Source of the DNA: Cereibacter sphaeroides 2.4.1
GTDB taxonomy: Bacteria > Pseudomonadota > Alphaproteobacteria > Rhodobacterales > Rhodobacteraceae
Direction: 5' to 3'
Assembly (NCBI RefSeq): GCF_000012905.2
Contig: NC_007493.2
Location: forward strand, 1,230,001 to 1,262,000
DNA: 32,000 bases
Shown here: positions 7,358 through 15,733 of the stretch, piece after piece
Position numbering within the stretch: position 1 is the first letter of the stretch
Layout of the letters: each line of letters begins with the position of its first letter
Notes under the pieces: model-generated
Database searches by the model: none
Seen by the model: only the letters and a program-made list of their open reading frames with translations
Told to the model about the DNA's origin: nothing
Program-made: the position numbers and the translations under genes

Positions 7358-7857
7358 CTTCCCTTCTGCCGTTCCCCCGCATGCGGTGCCTCGCGCTGAT
7401 CCTGGCCCTCCTGCCGCTGCCCGCCATCGCGCAGACCGGCACACCCGCCGCGCCGCCGGAAGTCTCAGGCGGCGCTCCCACCGCGGCCCCCCAGCACACG
7501 GGCGAGGCAGCCCCGCCCGGCGCGGCGCGGGGGCCGGATGCGGGCGCGGTGCGCGCCGCGCCCGATCTCCATTTCGACGAGCGCCTCAACGATTATCCGA
7601 CGCTGGCGCGCGCCGACTATATCTTCGCCTGCCTCGCGACCAACGGGCAAGATCGCAACACGATGCGGCGTTGCGCCTGCTCCATCGACGTGATCGCCTC
7701 GATCCTGCCCTACGAGGCCTATGAGAAGGCCGAGACCATCCTCTCGATGCGACTGGGGACGGGCGAGCGCGCCGGCCTGTTCCGGATTCCCGCGACGCAG
7801 GCCGGCGTGGCCGACCTCCGGCGCGCGCAGGCGGAAGCCGAGATGACCTGCTTCTGA
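7354..7857 (+). CDS. Secreted hypothetical Cys-containing protein with an Ala/Pro-rich linker
   Basis: Its start overlaps the upstream stop in an ATGA arrangement, with a GGAGG SD 4 nt upstream. It has a signal-like N-terminus (RCLALILALLPLPAIAQ), a roughly 45-aa A/P/G linker, then a globular part with Cys93, Cys107, Cys109 and Cys166. Confidence 0.6.
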   Translation: MTSLLPFPRMRCLALILALLPLPAIAQTGTPAAPPEVSGGAPTAAPQHTGEAAPPGAARGPDAGAVRAAPDLHFDERLNDYPTLARADYIFACLATNGQDRNTMRRCACSIDVIASILPYEAYEKAETILSMRLGTGERAGLFRIPATQAGVADLRRAQAEAEMTCF

Positions 7858-7949
7858 GGAGCGCCCGGCCGCCTTCGGGCGAGCGCAGTCCCGCGACCCC
7901 GGCGGGATTGCCGACCTCCGGCGCGCACAGGCGGACGCCGGGATGACCT
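7810..7949. repeat. Imperfect 40-nt direct repeat (7810-7849 and 7910-7949), exactly 100 bp apart
   Basis: Position-by-position alignment gives 37/40 identities, with mismatches at 7827, 7836 and 7841. Copy 1 is the last 40 nt before the final two codons of CDS 7354-7857. Copy 2 is intergenic, just before the stop of the convergent ABC ATPase gene. Confidence 0.85.
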
Positions 7950-7954
7950 CCGGC

Positions 7955-8737
7955 CTACCTTCGTCCGTGGAAGTCCGAGCCGGGGTCGTTCAGCACCATG
8001 TCGCGCAGCCGCTCCCAGAGATGGCGGCGGAGTTCGGCATAGAGGGGCAGGGCGCGGGTATCGGTGTCGCGGCGCGGGCGGGGGAAGGGAACGGCCACCT
8101 CCTCGACCACCCGGCCCGGTCGCGGCGACATGAGGAGGATCCGGTCGGCGAGGATCAGCGCCTCATCCACCGAATGCGTGACGAAGAGCACAGTCGCCGG
8201 GCGCCGCTCCAGAAGCCGCATGAGCTCGACCTGCATGAGCTCGCGCGCCTGCGCGTCGAGGCTCGCGAAGGGCTCGTCCATCAGCAGGATCTCGGGTTCG
8301 GCCGCGAGCGCGCGTGCCAGCGCCAGCCGCTGGCGCATCCCTCCCGACAGCTGGGCCGGCCAGCTTTTCGCGAAGCGTGAAAGACCGACCAGCTCGAGGT
8401 AGCGGTCGGCCCGCTGCCGCGCCTCGGCCCGCGACAGCCGCGGCAGGGCGAAGGCCACATTCTCGCGGGCGCTCTTCCAGGGGATCAGCCGGAAGGACTG
8501 GAATACCAGCGCCGTCTTTTCACCCGGACGCGGCGGCGCGCCCTCGACCGTCACCCGGCCCGCGTCGGGCGCGATCAGCCCCGCCACGAGGCGCATGAGC
8601 GTGGTCTTGCCGCAGCCCGAGGGGCCGAGCACCACCACCACCTCGTCGCGGCCGAGCGACAGTGAGACGTCCTCCAGCGCAGAGACCTCGCCGAAGGCCA
8701 GCGACACACGGTCGAGCCGGACGTGCTCGGCCCTCAC
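7955..8737 (-). CDS. ABC transporter ATP-binding protein (NitT/TauT nitrate/sulfonate/taurine-type)
   Basis: It has Walker A GPSGCGKTT, signature LSGGMRQRLALARAL and Walker B LLMDEPFASLD. I chose the GTG start at 8737 because it forms a GTGA overlap with the SBP stop and gives a typical 260 aa. The ORF-track extension to 8980 overlaps the SBP gene. Confidence 0.85.
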   Translation of the reverse strand: MRAEHVRLDRVSLAFGEVSALEDVSLSLGRDEVVVVLGPSGCGKTTLMRLVAGLIAPDAGRVTVEGAPPRPGEKTALVFQSFRLIPWKSARENVAFALPRLSRAEARQRADRYLELVGLSRFAKSWPAQLSGGMRQRLALARALAAEPEILLMDEPFASLDAQARELMQVELMRLLERRPATVLFVTHSVDEALILADRILLMSPRPGRVVEEVAVPFPRPRRDTDTRALPLYAELRRHLWERLRDMVLNDPGSDFHGRR

Positions 8738-9714
8738 CCCTGCGCCGGGCCGAGCTTCTGCAGCACCGTCTCCAGCGGCCCGAAGTCCGTCCATTCCTCC
8801 AGCCCGACCGGGCGGAGACCCTGGAAATCCTCGGTGCCATACATCCATTCCGTCGTCACCTTCAGTTCCTCGCGCGTGAACCCGCCATCGATGCTCCAGC
8901 TGTTGCGGTAGGCGCGGGCCAGTTCCTCGAGATCGGCTCGCGGCACGTCGGGGCGCGCCACCGCCATCCGCTCGACCCATGTCGCGGGATCCTGGAAATC
9001 GCGTGCGGCCAGCACCAGCGCCTCGATCACCGCCTCGACCTCCGCCCGGCGGCTCTTAAGAACCTCGGTCGTGACCGCATTGACCTTGGTCGTGACCGGG
9101 GCGGCCGCGAAATAAGCGTCCATGCCCACGAGGATCCGCAGGCCCTCGCGATCAGGCATGGCCGTCCATGTTCCGATCGACATGGTGGTGGCATCGACCT
9201 GACCCGCCAGCAGCGCCTGCGCCCGGACCGCGGGCTGGCCCAGCGGCACGAGGTTCAGCTTCGAGACATCGACGCCTTCGGCCGCCAGAACCTTCGCGCT
9301 CAGCGAATGGTCGAGCGAGCCCACCCGGCCGATGCCGAAGCTGCGGCCTTCGAGCGCGCGGGGCGTCTCGATCTCGGGCTTCGCCGCGATCAGGAAGGGC
9401 AGCGCCTTGTTGGGCGACATCACCGCGCGCAGATCGGTCGTGCCGCGGGCGGCGAGTTGCAGCAGCGCATCCGTCGAGACATTGGCCATCTCGCCTTCGC
9501 CCGCCTGCAGCGCGGCCAGCGCCATCGGCGTCTGCTGCACGCGCACCAGCTCCACCTCGACGCCGGCGCGCTCGAAATAGCCGTTGGCCAGCGCCAGATC
9601 CATCACGGAATTCGGCACCAGCGGCGTCTCGAGATCGCTCACGATGAGACGGAAGGGCTCGGCCGCGGCCGGGGCGGCGACGGCCAGCAGAAGCAGGGCG
9701 AAAAGGCGTTTCAT
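8734..9714 (-). CDS. ABC transporter periplasmic substrate-binding protein (NMT1/THI5-like, NitT/TauT family)
   Basis: It has a signal peptide (MKRLFALLLLAVAAPAAAEP) and a GGAGGA SD. The sequence resembles sulfonate/nitrate/HMP-type binding proteins. Confidence 0.8.
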   Translation of the reverse strand: MKRLFALLLLAVAAPAAAEPFRLIVSDLETPLVPNSVMDLALANGYFERAGVEVELVRVQQTPMALAALQAGEGEMANVSTDALLQLAARGTTDLRAVMSPNKALPFLIAAKPEIETPRALEGRSFGIGRVGSLDHSLSAKVLAAEGVDVSKLNLVPLGQPAVRAQALLAGQVDATTMSIGTWTAMPDREGLRILVGMDAYFAAAPVTTKVNAVTTEVLKSRRAEVEAVIEALVLAARDFQDPATWVERMAVARPDVPRADLEELARAYRNSWSIDGGFTREELKVTTEWMYGTEDFQGLRPVGLEEWTDFGPLETVLQKLGPAQG

Positions 9715-9733
9715 GGATCCTCCGGGGAACGGG

Positions 9734-10534
9734 TTACGGCCTGTCCGGTAGGCGCCAGCGCGACAGCCGGCCCTCCAGCAGGCGAAGGCTCTCGGTCACG
9801 ATCACGCCGATCGCGGCGAGAGCCAGCACGATCACGAAATAATCCGCCATGCGGAACGTGTTGCCATAGAGGGCGAGAAGCCCGCCGAGGCCGGTCACGG
9901 CGGTGTAGAGCTCGGCCACCACGGTGTTGATGAGGCCGATGGTGGCGCCGAGCCTGAGCCCCACCACGAGGAAGGGCAGCGCGCCCGGCAGCACGATATG
10001 AAGCTGGATGCGCGCGGCCGAGGCCCCGGTCGAGCGCGCCATCTCGATCAGTTCACCGTCCCGGGCGAGGACGCCCGCATAGGTGTTCAGCACGATGGGC
10101 ATGACCGCGCCGAGAAAGACGATCATGGCCTTGGCTTCGGTGCCAAGCCCCAGCAGCACGATGATGAGCGGGATGAAGGCCACCCGCGGCGTGGCCGCCA
10201 GCGCGAAGACGAAGAGGTCGAGCGTGCGGCCCAGAAGCCGCACCATGCCCATCAGTGCGCCGAGCGGGATGCCCACCAGCACCGCGGCCCCGAGGCCGGT
10301 GCCGTAGGTCAGGAGGCTCTGGCCGATGGCGGTCTGCAGCCGTCCCTCGGCCCAGAGCCGCGCCGCCGCCTCTGCGGTGGCGGCGGGCGAGGGGATCAGG
10401 CCGCGCGGGACGGTGGCCGAAGCCAGACCCCATAGAAGGAGGAGGAGGCCGAGGAAGAGGAGGCGCAGCACGAGGACGGTCCCGGCCCCCGCCGGCCGCC
10501 GGCTTCCGCCGCCCGTCCCTGTCCATCCCGCCAT
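9734..10534 (-). CDS. ABC transporter permease (BPD-type, NitT/TauT family)
   Basis: It has multiple transmembrane helices and an EAA-like loop (ELIEMARSTGASAARIQLHIVLPGALP). I start it at ATG 10534, which is preceded by GGGGAGGGGTCGG. The ORF-track GTG at 10597 is the alternative. Confidence 0.8.
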   Translation of the reverse strand: MAGWTGTGGGSRRPAGAGTVLVLRLLFLGLLLLLWGLASATVPRGLIPSPAATAEAAARLWAEGRLQTAIGQSLLTYGTGLGAAVLVGIPLGALMGMVRLLGRTLDLFVFALAATPRVAFIPLIIVLLGLGTEAKAMIVFLGAVMPIVLNTYAGVLARDGELIEMARSTGASAARIQLHIVLPGALPFLVVGLRLGATIGLINTVVAELYTAVTGLGGLLALYGNTFRMADYFVIVLALAAIGVIVTESLRLLEGRLSRWRLPDRP

Positions 10535-10647
10535 CCGACCCCTCCCCGGGCGCTGTCGGCCGAGCCTTGCAGGATCAATGGGGGACGGCAATCCCACTTT
10601 AGGTTGAGGGGTGAAACCCCCGCGAAAGCAGGCGGCCGGGCTGTGGC

Positions 10648-11340
10648 TCAGCCGAGCGCGTAGCCTGCGCCGCGCACGGTGCGGACAGGATCCTCGCCGC
10701 CGTGGAGGCAGAGCGCCTTGCGCAGCCGGCCGACGTGCACATCGACTGTACGGCTGTCAACATAGATGTCGCGCCCCCAGACCCGGTCGAGCAATTGCTC
10801 GCGGCTCCAGACCCGGCCGGGCTTCTCCATGAAGGTCGAGAGCAGCCGGAACTCGGTGGGCCCGAGCTTCAGGAGCTGGGCGCCGCGGTGCACCTTGTGG
10901 GTTTCGGGATCGAGGCGGATGTCCTCGAACTCGAGCGTCAGGCCCACGCTAGAGGGTCGCGCGCGCCGGAGCTGGCTGCGCACCCGCGCCATCAGTTCGA
11001 CCACCGAGTAGGGCTTGACCACATAATCGTCGGCCCCGGTTTCGAGGCCGCGCACCCGGTCCACCTCTTCCGAGCGGGCCGAGAGCATGATGATCGGCAC
11101 CGAGCGCGTCGAGGGGCGGGACTTGAGCTGACGGCAGACCTCGATCCCGGAGACCGAGGGCAGCATCCAGTCGAGCACGATCACGTCCGGCCCCGCTTCC
11201 TCGACGAGCATCAGCGCCTCGTCGCCGTTGCCGGCCTGCACCACCCGGAAGCCCTCGGATTCGAGGTTGTAGGACAGGACCTCGCGCTGTGCGGGCTCAT
11301 CCTCGACGAGCAGGACCACGGGCTGATCGGCGGGCGACAT
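10648..11340 (-). CDS. phoB: Phosphate regulon response regulator PhoB
   Basis: It is OmpR-family. The REC domain shows VLLVEDEPA...VIVLDWMLP...YVVKP. The winged helix shows LGPTEFRLLSTFMEKPGRVWSREQLLDRVWG. It lies directly downstream of phoU, with the stop and start sharing 1 nt. Confidence 0.92.
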   Translation of the reverse strand: MSPADQPVVLLVEDEPAQREVLSYNLESEGFRVVQAGNGDEALMLVEEAGPDVIVLDWMLPSVSGIEVCRQLKSRPSTRSVPIIMLSARSEEVDRVRGLETGADDYVVKPYSVVELMARVRSQLRRARPSSVGLTLEFEDIRLDPETHKVHRGAQLLKLGPTEFRLLSTFMEKPGRVWSREQLLDRVWGRDIYVDSRTVDVHVGRLRKALCLHGGEDPVRTVRGAGYALG

Positions 11341-12065
11341 CAGTCGGCCCTCTCGGCGGGCATCATGCTGGTTGCGGTCATGTCGGCCTTCGGGCGCGGC
11401 TCCTCGGGCAGGCTGCCGGTGACCAGATAGATCACCTGCTCGGCGATCGAGGTGGCATGGTCGCCCATCCGCTCGATGTTCTTGGCGATGAAATGCAGAT
11501 GCATGCAGGCGGTGATGTTGCGCGGATCCTCCATCATGTGGGTAAGGAACTCGCGGAACAGGGCATTGTACATCTGATCCACCTCGCGGTCGCGCTGGCG
11601 CACGTCCGCGGCGAGCTGGGCATCGCGGTGAATGTAGCTGTCGAGCGCATCCTTGAGCAGCAGCTCGACCGCATTGGCCATGCGCCGGATCGAGCCCGTC
11701 GAGTCGCCCACCTGCGCCAGCTGACCCAGAACGACCGAGCGTTTGGCGAGGTTCTTGGCATAGTCGCCGCAGCGTTCGAGCGCCGCCGCGATCTTGATGA
11801 CGGTCAGCACGGTGCGCAGGTCGGTCGCCGTGGGCGAGCGCAGCGCGATCAGCCGCGCGGCCTCGGCCTGGATCCGCTCCTCGAGCGCGTCGATGGCCGC
11901 GTCGTTGCGCCGGACCTGTTCGGCCAGCTCCTCGTCGCGGGTTTCGAGGGCCTGCGCGGCATCAAGGATCGCCGCCTCGACCATGCCGCCCATCTTCATG
12001 ATGAGGGCCTGCACGGCCTCGAGATCGCGGTCGAAGGCCTGGAAGATATGGGGTTCTGTCATCAT
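11340..12065 (-). CDS. phoU: Phosphate signalling complex protein PhoU
   Basis: It has two PhoU repeats (ERCGDYAKNLAKR and ERMGDHATSIAEQ). I start it at ATG 12065, which is preceded by GAGGAGGA immediately after the pstB stop. The ORF-track start 12161 overlaps pstB. Confidence 0.9.
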   Translation of the reverse strand: MMTEPHIFQAFDRDLEAVQALIMKMGGMVEAAILDAAQALETRDEELAEQVRRNDAAIDALEERIQAEAARLIALRSPTATDLRTVLTVIKIAAALERCGDYAKNLAKRSVVLGQLAQVGDSTGSIRRMANAVELLLKDALDSYIHRDAQLAADVRQRDREVDQMYNALFREFLTHMMEDPRNITACMHLHFIAKNIERMGDHATSIAEQVIYLVTGSLPEEPRPKADMTATSMMPAERAD

Positions 12066-12075
12066 GCGGTCCTCC

Positions 12076-12873
12076 TCAGCCGATCCGGCCCGAGATGTAG
12101 CTTTCCGTGCGGGGATCACGCGGATTGGTGAAGATCTGGCCCGTCTCGCCGTATTCGACAAGGCGGCCGAGGTGAAAGAAGGCGGTGCGCTGGCTCACGC
12201 GGGCGGCCTGCTGCATCGAGTGGGTGACGATCACCACCGAGAATTGCGCGCGCAGCTCGTCGATCAGCTCCTCGATCTGGGCGGTGGCGATCGGGTCGAG
12301 CGCCGAGCAGGGCTCGTCCATCAGCAGCACCTCGGGCGAGGTGGCGATGGCGCGGGCGATGCAGAGCCTCTGCTGCTGGCCGCCCGAGAGGCCGGTGCCG
12401 GGCGAGGACAGGCGGTCCTTCGCCTCGTTCCAGAGCGCGGCCCGGCGCAGGGCGCCTTCCACGATCTCGTCGATCTCGGCCTTGGACCGCGCGAGGCCGT
12501 GGATGCGCGGCCCGTAGGCCACGTTGTCGTAGATCGATTTGGGGAAGGGGTTCGGCTTCTGGAACACCATGCCCACCTTGGCGCGCAGCTGCACCGGATC
12601 GACGCGGGTGTCGTAGATGTCCTGCCCGTCGAGCGTGATCTTGCCCTCGACCCGGCACCCCGGGATCGTGTCGTTCATGCGGTTCAGGCAGCGCAGGAAG
12701 GTCGACTTGCCGCAGCCCGAAGGGCCGATGAAGGCGGTGACGGTCTTGCCGAGGATGTCCACATCCACGTCGCGGAGGGCGTGGTTGGAGCCATAGAAGA
12801 CCTGCGCCTTGCGGGCGGCGATCTTGACCTCGTCGGCGCTCACGATGCGGTCTGCGTAACGGATGTCGTCCAT
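12076..12873 (-). CDS. pstB: Phosphate ABC transporter ATP-binding protein PstB
   Basis: It has Walker [24 protein letters not shown] and [11 protein letters not shown], plus the PstB-typical [10 protein letters not shown] motif. Confidence 0.95.
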   Translation of the reverse strand: MDDIRYADRIVSADEVKIAARKAQVFYGSNHALRDVDVDILGKTVTAFIGPSGCGKSTFLRCLNRMNDTIPGCRVEGKITLDGQDIYDTRVDPVQLRAKVGMVFQKPNPFPKSIYDNVAYGPRIHGLARSKAEIDEIVEGALRRAALWNEAKDRLSSPGTGLSGGQQQRLCIARAIATSPEVLLMDEPCSALDPIATAQIEELIDELRAQFSVVIVTHSMQQAARVSQRTAFFHLGRLVEYGETGQIFTNPRDPRTESYISGRIG

Positions 12874-12883
12874 GAAAGCCTCC

Positions 12884-14233
12884 TTACCAGCGGCGCTCGA
12901 AGCGGCGGCGAAGAATGATGGCAGCGGCGTTCATGCAGATGAGGAACGCGAGCAGCACGATGATGGCCCCCGAGGCCCGCTCGACGAAGGCGGGATCGGC
13001 GCGCTGGGTGAAGTTGTAGACCTGCACCGGCAGGGCCGAGGCGGGGTCGAAGAAGCCCTCGGGCGGGGCGGCCGGATATTCGCGGACGAAGGCCACCATG
13101 CCGATCAGCAGGAGCGGCGCGGTCTCGCCCAGGGCGCGGGCCATGCCGATGATCGTGCCGGTGAGGATGCCGGGCAGGGCCAGCGGCAGCACATGGTGGA
13201 AGACGGCCTGCATCCGCGAGGCGCCGACGCCGAGGGCCGCGTCGCGGATCGAGGGCGGCACCGCGGCGAGGCTGACCCGGGTGGCGATGATGATGGTGGG
13301 CAGCGTCATCAGCGTGAGGATCAGGCCGCCCACGATGGGGGCCGACTGCGGCAGGCCCATCATGTTGATGAAGATGGCGAGGCCCAGGATCCCGAAGACG
13401 ATGGAGGGGACGGCGGCGAGGTTCGCGATATTCACCTCGATCAGGTCGGTCCAGCGGTTCTTCGGCGCGAATTCCTCGAGATAGATCGAGGCGGCGACGC
13501 CGATGGGCAGGGCCAGGACCAGCACGATGATCATCATGTAGGCGGAGCCGAGGATGGCCACGCCCAGCCCCGCGGCCTCGGGGCGCACTTCGGAGGCGTC
13601 GGCGCCCAGAAGGAAGTCGGGGTTGAAGGCCAGCGTGATGAGGCCCGCCTCGCGCATCCTCTGGGCGAGGCCCAGCTGCTCGGGCGTCACGTTGCTGTCG
13701 AGCTTCGCGCTCTCCATCGTCACGCGACCCTTGAAGAAGCCGTCCACCCGGCCGTTGGCGAGCGCCCGGAAGGTGATGGTCTCGCCCACCAGCGCGGTGT
13801 CGGCCAGCACGCGATTGCGCAGGGTGGCCGCGGCTTCCTTGGACAGGAGGCCCGCGATGTCCTTGTCGCTGATCCCTTCGGTCTTGAGGCCCGCGGCGGC
13901 GACGGCCGCCACCATCGAGGCTTCGAGCTGCCGGCCGTAGCCGATAGTCGTGACCTTCTTCATCTCGTCGATGTTGCGGTTGCCCTTCGGGTCCACGATC
14001 TTCGCGTCGAGCGTCAGCGGGATCTCGATGAAGGTCTGGCGGAAGGCGCCGGCGCCGTTGCCGATCACCGAGCTCAGGAGCACGACGAGGGCGAGGATCG
14101 AGAGGCCGACCGCGGTGAGCCCGTAGGCGCGGAAGCGGCGTTCGGCGGCATTGCGGCGGCGGGTGCGGCTGTCGGGGGCAAAGAGCGTGCCCGCGCGCGG
14201 GGCCCGGCCCTCGGGGGCGGAGGCGTCGGTCAT
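12884..14233 (-). CDS. pstA: Phosphate ABC transporter permease PstA (long alphaproteobacterial form, 449 aa)
   Basis: ATG 14233 (MTDASAPEG) forms an ATGA overlap with the pstC stop. The C-terminal permease core carries [25 protein letters not shown]. The 869-aa ORF in the track is this gene plus a shadow frame across pstC. Confidence 0.9.
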   Translation of the reverse strand: MTDASAPEGRAPRAGTLFAPDSRTRRRNAAERRFRAYGLTAVGLSILALVVLLSSVIGNGAGAFRQTFIEIPLTLDAKIVDPKGNRNIDEMKKVTTIGYGRQLEASMVAAVAAAGLKTEGISDKDIAGLLSKEAAATLRNRVLADTALVGETITFRALANGRVDGFFKGRVTMESAKLDSNVTPEQLGLAQRMREAGLITLAFNPDFLLGADASEVRPEAAGLGVAILGSAYMMIIVLVLALPIGVAASIYLEEFAPKNRWTDLIEVNIANLAAVPSIVFGILGLAIFINMMGLPQSAPIVGGLILTLMTLPTIIIATRVSLAAVPPSIRDAALGVGASRMQAVFHHVLPLALPGILTGTIIGMARALGETAPLLLIGMVAFVREYPAAPPEGFFDPASALPVQVYNFTQRADPAFVERASGAIIVLLAFLICMNAAAIILRRRFERRW

Positions 14234-15675
14234 TCGTACTGCTCCCGGTATTTGCGCACGATGTAGAGGGCGAGGACGTTCAGCACCAGCGTGATGACGA
14301 AGAGCGTGAGACCCAGCGCGAAGGCCACCAGCGTCTCGGGCGAGGCGAATTCGGTGTCGCCGGTGAGCTGGCTCACGATCTTCACCGTCACGGTGGTCAT
14401 GGCCTCGAACGGGTTCATCGAGAGCTTGGCCGCGGCGCCCGCGCCGAGGACCACGATCATGGTCTCGCCGATGGCGCGGCTCGCGCCGAGGAGGATCGCG
14501 CCCACGATGCCGGGCAGCGCCGCGGGCAGGATCACCTGCTTCACGGTCTCGGACTGCGTGGCGCCGAGCCCGTAGGAGCCGTCGCGCAGCGATTGCGGCA
14601 CGGCGTTGATGATGTCGTCGGACAGGGACGAGATGAAGGGGATCAGCATGATCCCCATCACGAGGCCTGCCGTCATCACCGAGGAGGAGGAGGAGCCGAG
14701 CCCGAGCGGCTGGGCGAACCAGTCGCGCAGCGCGGGGCCCACGGTGATGAGGGCGAAGAGGCCGTAGACGATGGTGGGGATGCCCGCGAGGATCTCGATG
14801 GCGGGCTTGGCCCAGCCCCGCGTGCGCGGCCCGGCATATTCCGACAGGTAGATCGCGGTCAGAAGCCCGATCGGCACCGCCACCACGAGGGCGATGATCG
14901 AGATGTAGATCGTGCCCCACAGGAGCGGCCAGATGCTGAGGTCGGACCCGCCGCGGAACTGCGGGTTCCAGGTCAGGCTGAAGAAGAAGTCCTGCGCCGG
15001 ATAGAGGCGGAAGAAGTGCATCGTCTCGAAGACGAGCGAGAGCACGATGCCCACGGTCGTCGCCACCGCCACCAGCGAGGCCGCGATCAGGAGCCACATG
15101 ATGAAGCGCTCGGAGACGTTGCGGGCGCGGAAGTCGGGCGTCGTGCGCAGGAGGGCCGCGGCGAGGCCGCCGAGGCTCGCGCCGAGCACGAGGACCGACA
15201 TCCAGAGGCCGAAGCTCGCCTGAAGCGCGCGATGGGTCCGGGCGGCGTTGAGTGTTTCGGGCGTGACGTCGGCCACGGCCGCGCCGACCGCACGCAGACG
15301 CGGCGCGAGCCCTTCGGGCGTGAGCGCCGCCAGATCGCGATCCGAGAGATCCTCGGCCACCGCGAGCCGGTCGAGGCCCACCGAGATGCGCCGCACCTCG
15401 GCCATGGCGAGGCTCGCGGTCGTGGCGTCGTCGGTGGCGGGCAGGAGGCTCGCCACCCGCTGCTCGACCACGAGCGGTTGCACGGCAAGCCACAGCACCA
15501 GCAGCGCCAGCGCTGGGACGGCGGTCAGCAGCGCCGCATGCTGGCCGTAGTGGCCGGGCAGGGAATGCAGCCGGCGCGGATCCCCGCCCGCGCGGGCGAG
15601 CGCGAGACGACGGCCGGCCACGAAGGCTGCGGCGGAGAGGATCAGGACGGCCAGAACGAGGGTGCCGAGGCTCAT
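14230..15675 (-). CDS. pstC: Phosphate ABC transporter permease PstC (long form)
   Basis: The permease core carries YGLGATQSETVKQVILPAALPGIVGA. I prefer the ATG start at 15675 (MSLGTLVL) over the TTG at 15690 given in the ORF track. Both starts have weak SDs. Confidence 0.88.
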   Translation of the reverse strand: MSLGTLVLAVLILSAAAFVAGRRLALARAGGDPRRLHSLPGHYGQHAALLTAVPALALLVLWLAVQPLVVEQRVASLLPATDDATTASLAMAEVRRISVGLDRLAVAEDLSDRDLAALTPEGLAPRLRAVGAAVADVTPETLNAARTHRALQASFGLWMSVLVLGASLGGLAAALLRTTPDFRARNVSERFIMWLLIAASLVAVATTVGIVLSLVFETMHFFRLYPAQDFFFSLTWNPQFRGGSDLSIWPLLWGTIYISIIALVVAVPIGLLTAIYLSEYAGPRTRGWAKPAIEILAGIPTIVYGLFALITVGPALRDWFAQPLGLGSSSSSVMTAGLVMGIMLIPFISSLSDDIINAVPQSLRDGSYGLGATQSETVKQVILPAALPGIVGAILLGASRAIGETMIVVLGAGAAAKLSMNPFEAMTTVTVKIVSQLTGDTEFASPETLVAFALGLTLFVITLVLNVLALYIVRKYREQYE

Positions 15676-15700
15676 GCTATGTCCGGTCAAGGGAAGGAGG

Positions 15701-15722
15701 CGGCGCGAGGAGCCTCGCGCCG
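15701..15722 (-). other. Intercistronic GC stem-loop between pstS and pstC
   Basis: CGGCGCGAGG (15701-15710) and CCTCGCGCCG (15713-15722) are perfectly complementary, giving a 9-10 bp stem. It sits in the 58-nt pstS-pstC gap. Such hairpins classically stabilise the upstream pstS message segment. Confidence 0.6.
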
Positions 15723-15733
15723 CCGGGGGAGGG

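Noticed and set aside
7943-8380. 145-aa plus-strand ORF beginning inside repeat copy 2
   Set aside because: It is entirely antisense to the ABC ATPase gene (Walker A/B and signature motifs on the minus strand). Its ATG is just the duplicated ...GATGACC... of the upstream gene's 3' end.
14234-15493. N-terminal 420-aa extension of the 869-aa 'PstA' ORF
   Set aside because: The extension overlaps pstC in another frame and is Arg/Gly/Pro-rich. A canonical ATGA-coupled start for PstA exists at 14233.
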